A stretch of 62,426 nucleotides of DNA, counting the filler. It is 6 parts of 6 records of this genome, joined end to end, with 100 filler letters (N's around TTAATTAATTAA, not from the genome) between each part and the next. Parts side by side here need not be neighbours in the genome. Positions count along the whole stretch, not along the records: positions 1 to 14,034 come from SRR20825010_7152; 5 more parts are not named here. The stretch is one strand, 5' to 3'. Position numbers and translations under genes: made by a program. Positions 1 through 9,299 of this stretch are shown in pieces. How positions within the stretch are numbered: the first letter of the stretch is position 1; every line of letters begins with the position of its first letter. The notes beneath the pieces were generated by a model. It worked only from the letters and a program-made list of their open reading frames with translations, was not told the origin of the DNA and did not search any database.

Positions 1-60
1 CCCTCGCGTACGCCTGAACGGCGTCGCTCAACCTTTCCCAAACTTCGTTTCGGGAGAGGT
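1..60. repeat. Truncated palindromic intergenic (REP-like) repeat at the contig edge
   Basis: Hairpin ACCTTTCCCAAA-CTTCG-TTTCGGGAGAGGT (31-60), preceded by CCCTCGCGTACGCCTGAACGGCGTCGCTC. It resembles, from memory, dispersed Rhodopirellula repeats. A contig break here fits a multicopy element. Confidence 0.5.
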
Positions 61-216
61 AAGCCAATGCTGAAAACTGCATGACCTCGAGAGCCCGAGA
101 GGGCGTTTTTGGTGCATCAACGTCGCCGTTCAGTTCCACCCGAACGAACGACTTCTTCAGCGAGCCTCCATCCATTGGTCAGAGGCAAGGGGCCATTGAG
201 CGGAGCCCATCTGCGA

Positions 217-597
217 TCACTCCGACGTTGATTCGTCGACCCATTGAGCGTATCCCGGCGACGCCTTCTCGACCGGCAAGGCGACGATCTGAGGTTCGTC
301 GTAGGGATGATTCTGGGCCAGCCAATCGATCACCTGATCGGTTCGTTGGGAGGTGGTTTTGATGACCACTCGGAACTCTTTTTCTGAACAGGACTGGCCG
401 TCCCAAACGTAGTGGCTGATGATCGATGAATCGATCTGCACGCATGCTGCCAAACGCTCCCGCAGCAACCCCTTCGCGATCGCTTCCGCCTGCTCGGAAG
501 ATTGCACGGTCGTCCACAAAACGGTCAGACGAGGCCCATCGAACGTCCTCGAAACGGACTTTTTTGGGTCGTTCTCAAATTCTTTTTTGGTGCTCAT
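217..597 (-). CDS. cutA: Divalent-cation tolerance protein CutA
   Basis: Motifs ERLAACVQI, SHYVWDG, IKTT and HPYDEPQIVALPV, typical of CutA1. Confidence 0.93.
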   Translation of the reverse strand: MSTKKEFENDPKKSVSRTFDGPRLTVLWTTVQSSEQAEAIAKGLLRERLAACVQIDSSIISHYVWDGQSCSEKEFRVVIKTTSQRTDQVIDWLAQNHPYDEPQIVALPVEKASPGYAQWVDESTSE

Positions 598-625
598 CGA
601 CCCTCGTTTTCACCCCTAAAACGCC

Positions 626-893
626 TGTGGATAACCTGTCATTCCACTGTCTGAAGTTTGTCTGAAAATGTCTGACTTTCGACAGCCATTGGCAAGTCAC
701 TGTCTGGGTATGTTCGAAGTCGGTCCAACTTCAGACAGATTTGAGACATCCAAACGACAGGTTATCCACAATGCTTTAGTCGCTGTTTTGATCGTGTTTT
801 GCGGAGTCATTTGAGTTTCAAACAACGCTTTCAGACACTCGGCGTCCACGCATTACGACGACGACGGTAATTAAATTAGTAAGTTTTGATAGC
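626..893. promoter_or_regulatory. Putative chromosomal replication origin (oriC)
   Basis: Perfect DnaA boxes TGTGGATAA (626-634) and TTATCCACA (762-770), 11-bp-phased variant boxes, a trinucleotide run (851-865) and an AT-rich tract (868-890), all upstream of dnaN. Confidence 0.75.
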
Positions 894-1101
894 AAACATG
901 CTGGGAAGAACCGCCCAAGCTCACATCCGGTTTTGGGTCGTGTTCGAATCGGGGCCATCGGTGGAGCTTTCAGGGGATGCCAATCCGAAGCGATCGCGTT
1001 ACAACTTGGACCGCCCTGAGCAACGTGTTTGCCGCGAAGCATGTGGGGCTCGGCCGGCGGTTGTCGGCGTTCCTGCCCTGTCTCTTTTTTCAATCGCTCC
1101 G

Positions 1102-2220
1102 ATGAAGATCACCTGCCAACGAGACATCCTCGCCAACGCTTTCGTCCTCGCAGCATCGATTGCTCCGAGCCGATCGCCGAAGGAGATTTTGCAGAACGTC
1201 AAAGTGACCGCCGCGGGCGACAAGATCACGCTGATGGCGACCGACCAAGAGGTCGGAATTCGGTTGGACGTTAGCGAGGGAATCGAGGTTGAAACCGAAG
1301 GCACGGCTCTGCTGCCAGTGGCCCGAACCGGGCCGATTCTGAGAGAGAGCAACGACGAGACGATCACGATCGAAACCGATGAAGCCGGCATCAAAATCTC
1401 GGGCAGCCGGAGCAAGTTTCGCTTGCCCGGAAACAACCCCGATGAGTTCCCCAGCGTCCACGAATTCGACGAGTCAAAGTACCACCAGATCAGCACTCGC
1501 ACCTTTCGCGAAATGCTCCGCCGGACCGTCTTCGCGACCGACTCCGAAAGCAGCCGCTACGCCCTCGGTGGTGTGCTTCTGGAGATGGAAGAAAGTTCCG
1601 TCATCGCCGTCGGTACCGATGGCCGGCGACTGGCCCGCATGGAAGGCACCGGCGAATCGGTGGGTGGTCACGCGACCAGCGGCATGACCACCATCGTGCC
1701 AACGCGAGCGATCGGATTGATCGAACGAGCCCTGAGCGAGAAGGACGATTTCGTCGAGGTCGCCTCTCGCGGAAACGACCTTCTGATCCGGACCCCACGG
1801 GCGGTCATCAGCAGCCGTTTGGTCGAAGGTCGCTATCCGAACTGGCGTCAGGTTTTGCCCCAACGAGAAAACGCGATTCAGATCGATGTGGTCGTCGGGC
1901 CCCTGTTCGCTGCCCTTCGACAAGCCGCCATCGTGACGGACTTGGACAGCCGCGGAGTCGACTTCACTTTCGCCGACGGCACGTTGAAGTTGGAAGCCAA
2001 GACCGCCGACCTGGGTGAATCACAAATCGAGTTGCCGATCGCCTACGACGGCGAGTCGATCACGCTGACGATGGACCATCGCTACTTGGCCGATTTCTGC
2101 AAAGTGATGGACAACGAATCGACCGTCGTGATGGAAATCGAATCGGCGAAGTCACCCGCTCTGCTGCAGACCGACGACGGGTACGCTTACGTCATCATGC
2201 CGATGGCTCGTGATCGGTGA
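1102..2220 (+). CDS. dnaN: DNA polymerase III beta sliding clamp
   Basis: MKITCQR start (ATG 1102), ATDQE, RYALGGVLLE, VGTDGRRLA, SRLVEGRYPNWRQV and C-terminal YVIMPM. About 372 aa. Confidence 0.97.
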   Translation: MKITCQRDILANAFVLAASIAPSRSPKEILQNVKVTAAGDKITLMATDQEVGIRLDVSEGIEVETEGTALLPVARTGPILRESNDETITIETDEAGIKISGSRSKFRLPGNNPDEFPSVHEFDESKYHQISTRTFREMLRRTVFATDSESSRYALGGVLLEMEESSVIAVGTDGRRLARMEGTGESVGGHATSGMTTIVPTRAIGLIERALSEKDDFVEVASRGNDLLIRTPRAVISSRLVEGRYPNWRQVLPQRENAIQIDVVVGPLFAALRQAAIVTDLDSRGVDFTFADGTLKLEAKTADLGESQIELPIAYDGESITLTMDHRYLADFCKVMDNESTVVMEIESAKSPALLQTDDGYAYVIMPMARDR

Positions 2221-2225
2221 TCGCC

Positions 2226-2627
2226 ATGGGACAGCCGCCCAAACCATCCGGCGGTGGATCCAGTCGCGGTGAATCAGGTCGCGGGGCAAATTCTTCCAAA
2301 CGCCTGCCGCCCAAACTGGTCGAAGAGAAATCTGGCGGCCCGCGGAAGATCGGCAGTCTGATTTCTCAGTTGATGAGCCGACGCGGATACGCTTCCGTCG
2401 GTGCCGAGTCAGCTTTAACAGGCACGATCAAATCGGCCGTCGATGCTTCGATCGCTTCTTCGTTTCGAGTCGGCAAACTGCAACGCGGCGTGCTGATGAT
2501 CTACGCGGTGGACAGTGTGGTGATGCAGGAGCTGACCTTTCAAAAACGCCGCATTCTGAAAAAGCTGGCCAAGGAACACCCGCAAGCCAAAATCCAGGAT
2601 CTGCGTTTCAAGGTCCAAGCGGAGTAG
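2226..2627 (+). CDS. dciA: DUF721/DciA family helicase-loading protein
   Basis: KIGSLISQLM...GVLMIYAVDSVVMQELTFQKRRILKKL...IQDLRFKV pattern, directly after dnaN. Start is ATG 2226 or GTG 2217. Confidence 0.8.
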   Translation: MGQPPKPSGGGSSRGESGRGANSSKRLPPKLVEEKSGGPRKIGSLISQLMSRRGYASVGAESALTGTIKSAVDASIASSFRVGKLQRGVLMIYAVDSVVMQELTFQKRRILKKLAKEHPQAKIQDLRFKVQAE

Positions 2628-2818
2628 TCCGAGGTTTGGGTTGTCTCACCAATCACAACCCGCATCGTCAGCAAGGCAGTGTTCAACGGCGGCAATGAGC
2701 AGCGACCTGTCTTGATCGGCAGGAACCTCGAGCGGCTGGCATCCTTGCGTTTTCGAAATCCGATTGGGTACGTTGATAGCACCGCCCTGCTCGTCTGCCA
2801 CTCCCTTTGGATTCCCCC

Positions 2819-3607
2819 ATGCTTTCCGCTCGCGTCATTCCCTGCCTCGATGTCCATGGCGGACGCGTCGTCAAAGGCACCAACTTTGTGAACCTGCGAG
2901 ATGCCGGTGACCCAGTCGAAGTGGCGCGGCGATACGAAGCCGAAGGGGCCGATGAATTGGTGTTCTTGGACATCACCGCCAGCCACGAAGAACGAGCGAT
3001 CCTGTTGGATGTTGTTCGGCGTACCGCAGAACAGGTCTTCATGCCGCTGACCGTGGGCGGTGGCGTGCGAACGGTCGAGGATGTTCGAGCGTTGTTGTCG
3101 GCCGGTTGCGACAAGGTGTCCATCAACTCGTCAGCCGTGACCAACCCCGACTTCATCCGCCAAGCCGCCGATCGATTCGGACGTCAGTGCATCGTGGTGA
3201 ACATCGATCCCAAACGAGTTCAGAAAGACGGCGAAGAGTTTTGGGAGGTGCACATCAACGGCGGTCGCAAACCGACCGGGCTGCAAGCGGTCGAGTGGGC
3301 CAAACGAGTCGAAGAGCTGGGGGCCGGTGAGATTGTGCTGACCAGCATGGACGCCGACGGTACTTGCGACGGATATGACATTCCGATCACCCGAGCGGTC
3401 AGTGAAGCGGTCCGGATCCCTGTCGTCGCCAGCGGCGGTGCCGGAAATCCAGACCACTTGGTTGAGGCCATCCGCGATGGGAAGGCGGACGCGGTTCTGG
3501 CGGCCAGCATTTTCCACTTTGGTACCCACCCAATCGGACCGACCAAACAGCACATGGCCGAGGCTGGAATTCCGGTTCGGATGCCCGCAGGGCCTTTCGC
3601 CACATGA
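2819..3607 (+). CDS. hisF: Imidazole glycerol phosphate synthase cyclase subunit
   Basis: [49 protein letters not shown] and LAASIFH. Confidence 0.98.
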   Translation: MLSARVIPCLDVHGGRVVKGTNFVNLRDAGDPVEVARRYEAEGADELVFLDITASHEERAILLDVVRRTAEQVFMPLTVGGGVRTVEDVRALLSAGCDKVSINSSAVTNPDFIRQAADRFGRQCIVVNIDPKRVQKDGEEFWEVHINGGRKPTGLQAVEWAKRVEELGAGEIVLTSMDADGTCDGYDIPITRAVSEAVRIPVVASGGAGNPDHLVEAIRDGKADAVLAASIFHFGTHPIGPTKQHMAEAGIPVRMPAGPFAT

Positions 3608-3721
3608 ACGGATCGTCAACGGTGCCTTGACCGTCTTGGCGGTGGGAAGGAACATGGCGGTTTGAGTTGCCGGAAGCTGCTTTGGGGCTTTCAACCGTTT
3701 TCTTGAACCGAGTCGTTTACC

Positions 3722-5293
3722 GTGTCTGATGTGGTCCCCGTCCGTAACGCATTGATCAGTGTCAGCGACAAGATGGGGCTGGCAGATTTTGCCGCCGGAT
3801 TGTCCGCCGCTGGAGTCACGATCTACAGCACCGGTGGGACTCGTGCCCACTTGGAACAATCCGGTATCAAGGTCGAAGATGTGGCCGAGTACACCGGTTT
3901 TCCGGAAATGCTGGATGGTCGCGTCAAAACGCTGCACCCGCGAATTTTCGCTGGCATCTTGGCTCGTCGCGACCTCGATGATCACATGGACACGATCGCT
4001 GATCATGACATCGAGCCATTTGATTTGGTCGTCGTGAATCTGTATCCATTCGCCGCAACGGTCAGTCGTTCGGGTGCGACTCGAGCCGAATGCATCGAAC
4101 AGATCGATATCGGTGGCCCCAGCCTTGTGCGAGCGGCTGCGAAAAATCATGGCGATGTCGCGATCGCTACCAGCCCCGAGCAATACGGCGACGTTCTCGA
4201 TCAGCTGGAAACGTTGGGCGGAACCACCGACGAGCTACGCACCCAGCTCGCCGCCGAAGCGTTTGATCACACCGCCGGCTACGACCGAGCTATCGCCGAT
4301 TACATGCAAGGCGATGCGGTGGGCGGCGAGTTCCCCGCTTCGATGCACGTGTCACTACGACGCAAAACCCAGTTGCGATACGGCGAAAACCCGCACCAAC
4401 GAGCCGCGTTGTATTCCGATTCGTCGGATCGATCCGCGAACTTGGTGTCGGCTCGTCAGATCAGTGGCAAAGAGTTGTCTTACAACAACCTGTTGGACCT
4501 CGATGCCGCTCTCGACATCGCTCGCGGTTTTGCCGAACCAGCGGTCTCGGTCATCAAGCACAACAACCCCTGTGGTGCTGCGACCGGTGATACTCTGTCC
4601 GAAGCGGTCGACAAAGCCATGGCTGGTGACCCGCTGTCAGCCTTTGGTTCCGTCATTGGCATGAACCGAACGCTCGATGAAGCGACGGCCGAATTTTTGT
4701 GTCAGCCCGGATTGTTCATCGAAGCCATCGTCGCACCCGATTTCGAAGCCGGTGCGGTCGGGCTGCTGACGACCAAACCACGTTGGAAAGACAACGTTCG
4801 CTTGATGCAAGTTGGTCGCTTGGACGAACCCGCTCGCAAAGTGTCGCGCCGATTCATCAGCGGCGGCATGTTGGTGCAAGACGCCGACCGCATGGTCAGC
4901 TCGCCATTGCAGTGGAACACCGTCACGGAAACACCCGTCGATGATGACCTGTGGGACGACATTTCCTTTGGTTGGGAAATGGTTCGCCACGTGAAGAGCA
5001 ACGCGATCGTGCTGGCCAAAGACACATCGTTGATCGGCGTGGGTGCTGGCCAAATGAGCCGCGTCGACAGCGTTGAGATCTCGATCAAGAAAGCCGCAGA
5101 GCGTTCCGAAGGATCGATTCTCGCGTCCGATGCGTTCTTCCCCTTCCCCGATTCGATCGAAGCGGCCGCGAAAGCGGGCGTGCTGGCTATCATTCAACCC
5201 GGCGGTTCGCGTCGCGATGACGAAGTGATTGCCGCCTGTGACGAACACGAAATCGCGATGGTCTTCACCGGTCGTCGTCACTTCAAACACTGA
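3722..5293 (+). CDS. purH: Bifunctional AICAR transformylase/IMP cyclohydrolase
   Basis: ALISVSDK, GRVKTLHP, IDIGGPSLVRAAAKN, LRYGENPHQ, KHNNPCG, SDAFFPF and TGRRHFKH. Confidence 0.98.
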   Translation: MSDVVPVRNALISVSDKMGLADFAAGLSAAGVTIYSTGGTRAHLEQSGIKVEDVAEYTGFPEMLDGRVKTLHPRIFAGILARRDLDDHMDTIADHDIEPFDLVVVNLYPFAATVSRSGATRAECIEQIDIGGPSLVRAAAKNHGDVAIATSPEQYGDVLDQLETLGGTTDELRTQLAAEAFDHTAGYDRAIADYMQGDAVGGEFPASMHVSLRRKTQLRYGENPHQRAALYSDSSDRSANLVSARQISGKELSYNNLLDLDAALDIARGFAEPAVSVIKHNNPCGAATGDTLSEAVDKAMAGDPLSAFGSVIGMNRTLDEATAEFLCQPGLFIEAIVAPDFEAGAVGLLTTKPRWKDNVRLMQVGRLDEPARKVSRRFISGGMLVQDADRMVSSPLQWNTVTETPVDDDLWDDISFGWEMVRHVKSNAIVLAKDTSLIGVGAGQMSRVDSVEISIKKAAERSEGSILASDAFFPFPDSIEAAAKAGVLAIIQPGGSRRDDEVIAACDEHEIAMVFTGRRHFKH

Positions 5294-5311
5294 TCGACCG
5301 ATAGCATTGCG

Positions 5312-6091
5312 ATGACGATTCTCGACGACATCCTGGTAAAAACTCGCCAAGTCATCGCGCGTGATCAAGCTTCCGTGCCCGCCGCGGAACTCGTCGCGGC
5401 GGCGAAGGATCTTCCCGCGTGCCGAGACTTTCACGCATCGCTCGCGGCCACCGATCAAGTTCGCTTGATCGCCGAAGTCAAACGAGCCAGTCCTTCCGCC
5501 GGCCTGATCCGCGAAGACTTCGACCCACCAACGATCGCCAAGTCGTACGAAGACGGAGGAGCCGCTTGCATCAGCGTGCTCACCGACGAACCGTTCTTCC
5601 AAGGCTCATTGGACTTTCTTCGGGCCGTTCGTTCGGCGGTTGATTTGCCAATCCTTCGCAAGGACTTCATCGTCGATCCCTATCAACTGTTGCAGGCCCG
5701 CGTCGCCGGTGCCGATGCGGTGTTGTTGATCGCCGAATGTCTCTCGCCACAGCAATTGATCGAGATGGATGAGCAGGCCTCCGAGTTGGGACTGCAAACG
5801 CTGATCGAACTCTACGAACCCGAGAACCTGGATCCGGTTCTGGCAACCAACACGCGGTTGGTTGGAATCAACAACCGAGACCTGCGAACTTTCGAAACCG
5901 ATCTGCAGCACTGCGTCCGTTTGGCCGCGGGCATTCCTTCGGACCGATTGGTGGTCGGTGAAAGCGGCATCCGAACCGCGGCCGACGTCGCCATGCTGAA
6001 AGCCGGCGGCATCAAAGCCATCCTGGTCGGCGAATCACTGATGCGTCAGCCCGACATAACGATCGCCACCAAGGCGTTGCTCGACAGCTGA
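5312..6091 (+). CDS. trpC: Indole-3-glycerol phosphate synthase
   Basis: IAEVKRASPSAG, ISVLTDEPFFQG, LRKDFI, GINNRDL, ESGI and LVGESLM. Confidence 0.97.
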   Translation: MTILDDILVKTRQVIARDQASVPAAELVAAAKDLPACRDFHASLAATDQVRLIAEVKRASPSAGLIREDFDPPTIAKSYEDGGAACISVLTDEPFFQGSLDFLRAVRSAVDLPILRKDFIVDPYQLLQARVAGADAVLLIAECLSPQQLIEMDEQASELGLQTLIELYEPENLDPVLATNTRLVGINNRDLRTFETDLQHCVRLAAGIPSDRLVVGESGIRTAADVAMLKAGGIKAILVGESLMRQPDITIATKALLDS

Positions 6092-6192
6092 GGAGGTCGT
6101 GGATCAAGGCGGGTGGGTCTCGGGGCTCGCTCGGCGCTATTCACGTGCACTCGCCCCGGAGGATGTTGATTTTATTACTGACGCATCTGGCC

Positions 6193-6260
6193 GTAGCGGA
6201 AGTCGCCAAGACTTTCGGCGAATAACGGTGCAGGCCGAAATTCTTGGCGAGTTCCGCTAC
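6193..6260. repeat. GTAG-type REP doublet / long palindrome
   Basis: GTAGCGGAAGTCGCCAAGACTTTCGGC ... GCCGAAATTCTTGGCGAGTTCCGCTAC. The ~27-bp arms are near-perfect inverted repeats that start with GTAG. Confidence 0.75.
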
Positions 6261-6422
6261 CTCACTCACTGAATCGACGCCCCAGAGGGGGCCGTCGTGG
6301 ATGTGCGGTCTGAAGGCACCATCCTTTGCTGCTTCGTCTGGCAGCAGTGGCTATGATGGACCGCAGCCCACCGGTTCCTTCGCCTGGCAGGAACCGTCCC
6401 CCCTCCTTTGCAAGGCGAGTTC

Positions 6423-7877
6423 ATGTCATCCAGAAGCGCTTTCCCGATTCCTCGCTGCCAATCCATTGTGCTCGGCCTCGCGGGGTTTCTCGCACTGCTT
6501 GGTAGCCACAGCTCGGCTGCTGAGTCCAACGACACGTCCGAGAAGCCCAACGTCATCGTGATCTTCACCGATGATCAAGGCTACAACGATTTGGGATGTT
6601 ATGGTTCGCCCAATATCAAGACACCCAACCTTGATCGCTTGGCCAGCGAAGGACGTCGCTACACCAGTTTCTACTCAGCGTGTTCGGTGTGTTCGCCTTC
6701 GCGAGCGGCGTTGCTAACGGGCTGCTATCCCAAGCGGGTTGGATTGCATCAGCATGTCTTGTTCCCTCAAAGCAAACATGGGTTGCATCCCGATGAGGTC
6801 ACGATTGCGGACCATTTGAAGTCAGCCGGTTACGCCACCGCTTGCGTCGGCAAATGGCACTTGGGGCACCACAAGGAAACGCTGCCAACATCCAACGGCT
6901 TTGACTCTTACTATGGGATTCCGTATTCCAATGACATGAATCATCCCGACAACAAACGACTCGGGAAAATGTCGTCGGATGATCGTTGGACGGACCAGTC
7001 CTCTGCGGTGACTCTATGGAACACACCGTTGGTGCAAGATGAAGAAATCATTGAACTGCCCGTTGATCAAAGGACCATTACCCGCCGGTACACGGATCGG
7101 GCCATCGAGTTTGTCGAAGCAAACCAAGACAAACCGTTCTTCTTGTATCTGCCTCATTCCATGCCGCACATTCCTTTGTATGTGCCGGAGGATGTCTACG
7201 ATCCCGATCCGCAAAATGCTTACAAATGTGTGATCGAGCATGTCGACACGGAAGTGGGACGGCTGATTCAAACAGTCCGTGATCTTGGTTTGTCAGAAAA
7301 GACGTTGATCGTTTACACCAGCGACAATGGACCTTGGTTGCAATTCAAGAACCATGGTGGAAGTGCCGGTCCCTTGCGAGCCGGAAAAGGCACCACGTTT
7401 GAAGGAGGCCAGCGCGTGCCCTGCATCATGTGGGCACCAGGACGCATTCCTGCGGGCACATCCAGCAACGCTTTCGCGACCAACATGGACCTGCTTCCCA
7501 CCATCGCTTCGGTTACGGGCGTCGCACTGAAGAACGATCGAAAGATCGACGGGGTCGACCTGACATCGACTTTCACATCGGACGAGTCTGCTCGGGATGA
7601 ATTCGTCTTCTATTCCGCACATGGTGTGCTCGAAGGCATTCGGATGGGCGATTGGAAATATCTGCGACAGGTAGCGCGTCGAGGTCCAAATGCGAAGGGA
7701 CCGAAGCCCGAACCAAAGGTCTTTCTGTTTGATTTGTCACAGGACATCGGTGAGAAGAACAATCTTGCCGAACAACAACCCAAACGCGTGCAGAAAATGC
7801 ATGCTCGCATGGAAGAATTGAACGAAGAGATCACGGCGAATGCTCGCCCTGTTTGGCGAAAAAAGGTGAACTCATGA
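6423..7877 (+). CDS. Secreted formylglycine-dependent (S1) sulfatase, arylsulfatase A-like
   Basis: Signal peptide, PNVIVIFTDD, CSPSRAALLTG, GKWHLG and SDNGP. Confidence 0.95.
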   Translation: MSSRSAFPIPRCQSIVLGLAGFLALLGSHSSAAESNDTSEKPNVIVIFTDDQGYNDLGCYGSPNIKTPNLDRLASEGRRYTSFYSACSVCSPSRAALLTGCYPKRVGLHQHVLFPQSKHGLHPDEVTIADHLKSAGYATACVGKWHLGHHKETLPTSNGFDSYYGIPYSNDMNHPDNKRLGKMSSDDRWTDQSSAVTLWNTPLVQDEEIIELPVDQRTITRRYTDRAIEFVEANQDKPFFLYLPHSMPHIPLYVPEDVYDPDPQNAYKCVIEHVDTEVGRLIQTVRDLGLSEKTLIVYTSDNGPWLQFKNHGGSAGPLRAGKGTTFEGGQRVPCIMWAPGRIPAGTSSNAFATNMDLLPTIASVTGVALKNDRKIDGVDLTSTFTSDESARDEFVFYSAHGVLEGIRMGDWKYLRQVARRGPNAKGPKPEPKVFLFDLSQDIGEKNNLAEQQPKRVQKMHARMEELNEEITANARPVWRKKVNS

Positions 7878-9277
7878 TTCGGTTGTTATTCTCGCTATCG
7901 GTCTTTGTTGTCTCGCTTTTCTTGATGGGAAAAGCTGCGACAGCGAATGAACAGCCAAACTTGGTCTTTGTCATCGCCGATGATTGCACCTTTCGAGATA
8001 TTGGTTGCTACGGTGGCCAAGCCCACACACCACGCATCGATGCGTTGGCGGAAGAAGGCATGCGGTTCACTCGTTGCTTTCAATCGGTCGCCATGTGCTC
8101 GCCAACCCGGCACAGCATTTATTGCGGTCAGTACCCGGTGAAATCAGGTGCCTACCCGAATCACACGTTTGTCCCGGAAGGAACCGATAGCGTGGTTCAG
8201 TTCCTGCAACCATTGGGTTATCAGGTCGCACAGAGTGGGAAACGACACATCGCACCACCATCGGTTTTCAATTGGGAGCAGTTGCCGGGCAACTCCAACC
8301 CCGACTTTGAGGCGGTGGAAGAGTTCGTGAAAGCGTGCTCTGAAACCGAACAACCGTTCTGCCTGTTCTTATGTTCCAACGAACCTCACACACCTTGGAA
8401 CAAAGGCGATGCTTCCCGCTACGATCCTGCGACACTCGAGTTGCCGCCCTACATTCTGGACACACCCGAAACTCGCGATGGGATGTCTCGCTACCTGGCT
8501 GAGATCACCTACTTCGATTCGCAGGTGGGAGAGGCCATCGATTTGCTTGACCAATACAAAGTCGCCGACAACACCCTGTTGATCGTCGTCAGCGAACAAG
8601 GCAATTCGATGCCATTTGCGAAATGGACTTGTTATGACAGCGGGCTGCAATCAGGTTGCATCGTCCGTTGGCCAGGGCATGTCGAAGCCGGATCGACGAA
8701 CGATGCCATGATCGAGTACATCGACTTTCTTCCGACATGGATCGAGGTGGCCGGTGGCGATCTCAGTTCCGAGATGGCAGCGAAACTCGACGGAAAAAGT
8801 TTGCTACCTGTTTTGGCTGGCAAGCAAACTCATAAAAACCTGGTGTTTGGGGAGATGACCACACGAGGAATCAACAACGGTTCCGAGTACTACGGCATTC
8901 GGAGCGTCCGATCGGAACGTTACAAGTACATTTGGAACTTCACCCCGGAGGTGACTTTCCAAAATGCTTGCACGAGTTCGAAAGAGTTTGTCAGTTGGAA
9001 ACGCGAAGCGGAAGCTGGAAACGCGAAAGCGATTAAGCTGGTCGAGCGTTACACACAGCGTCCCAAAATCGAGTTTTACGATCTCGCGAATGACCCGTTG
9101 GAACTGAACAACCTGGCCGCCGATCCAGCTCATTATGAGACAATGCGATCCTTGAGAATGGAACTCGATCAATGGATGCAGCATTGCGGCGACAAAGGCC
9201 AAGCGACCGAATTGGACGCCCTCAATCACATGAAACGCGGCCAATCCAAACGGAAAAAGAAGCAAGCGAAATCTTGA
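7874..9277 (+). CDS. Secreted S1 sulfatase, N-sulfoglucosamine sulfohydrolase-like
   Basis: Signal peptide, PNLVFVIADD, CSPTRHSIYCG, EPHTPW and AKWTCYDSG. ATGA overlap with the upstream sulfatase. Confidence 0.9.
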   Translation: MIRLLFSLSVFVVSLFLMGKAATANEQPNLVFVIADDCTFRDIGCYGGQAHTPRIDALAEEGMRFTRCFQSVAMCSPTRHSIYCGQYPVKSGAYPNHTFVPEGTDSVVQFLQPLGYQVAQSGKRHIAPPSVFNWEQLPGNSNPDFEAVEEFVKACSETEQPFCLFLCSNEPHTPWNKGDASRYDPATLELPPYILDTPETRDGMSRYLAEITYFDSQVGEAIDLLDQYKVADNTLLIVVSEQGNSMPFAKWTCYDSGLQSGCIVRWPGHVEAGSTNDAMIEYIDFLPTWIEVAGGDLSSEMAAKLDGKSLLPVLAGKQTHKNLVFGEMTTRGINNGSEYYGIRSVRSERYKYIWNFTPEVTFQNACTSSKEFVSWKREAEAGNAKAIKLVERYTQRPKIEFYDLANDPLELNNLAADPAHYETMRSLRMELDQWMQHCGDKGQATELDALNHMKRGQSKRKKKQAKS

Positions 9278-9299
9278 CCAGAACGCAACTCAGTTGGTT

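Noticed and set aside
637-760. TGTCTGA repeats as a CRISPR array or plasmid iterons
   Set aside because: The units are 7-9 bp with no spacers, and there are no cas or rep genes. The context is chromosomal dnaN.
886-1101. 72-aa N-terminal extension of DnaN in the ORF track
   Set aside because: Clamp homology begins at ATG 1102. The extension overlaps the origin/promoter region and looks non-coding.
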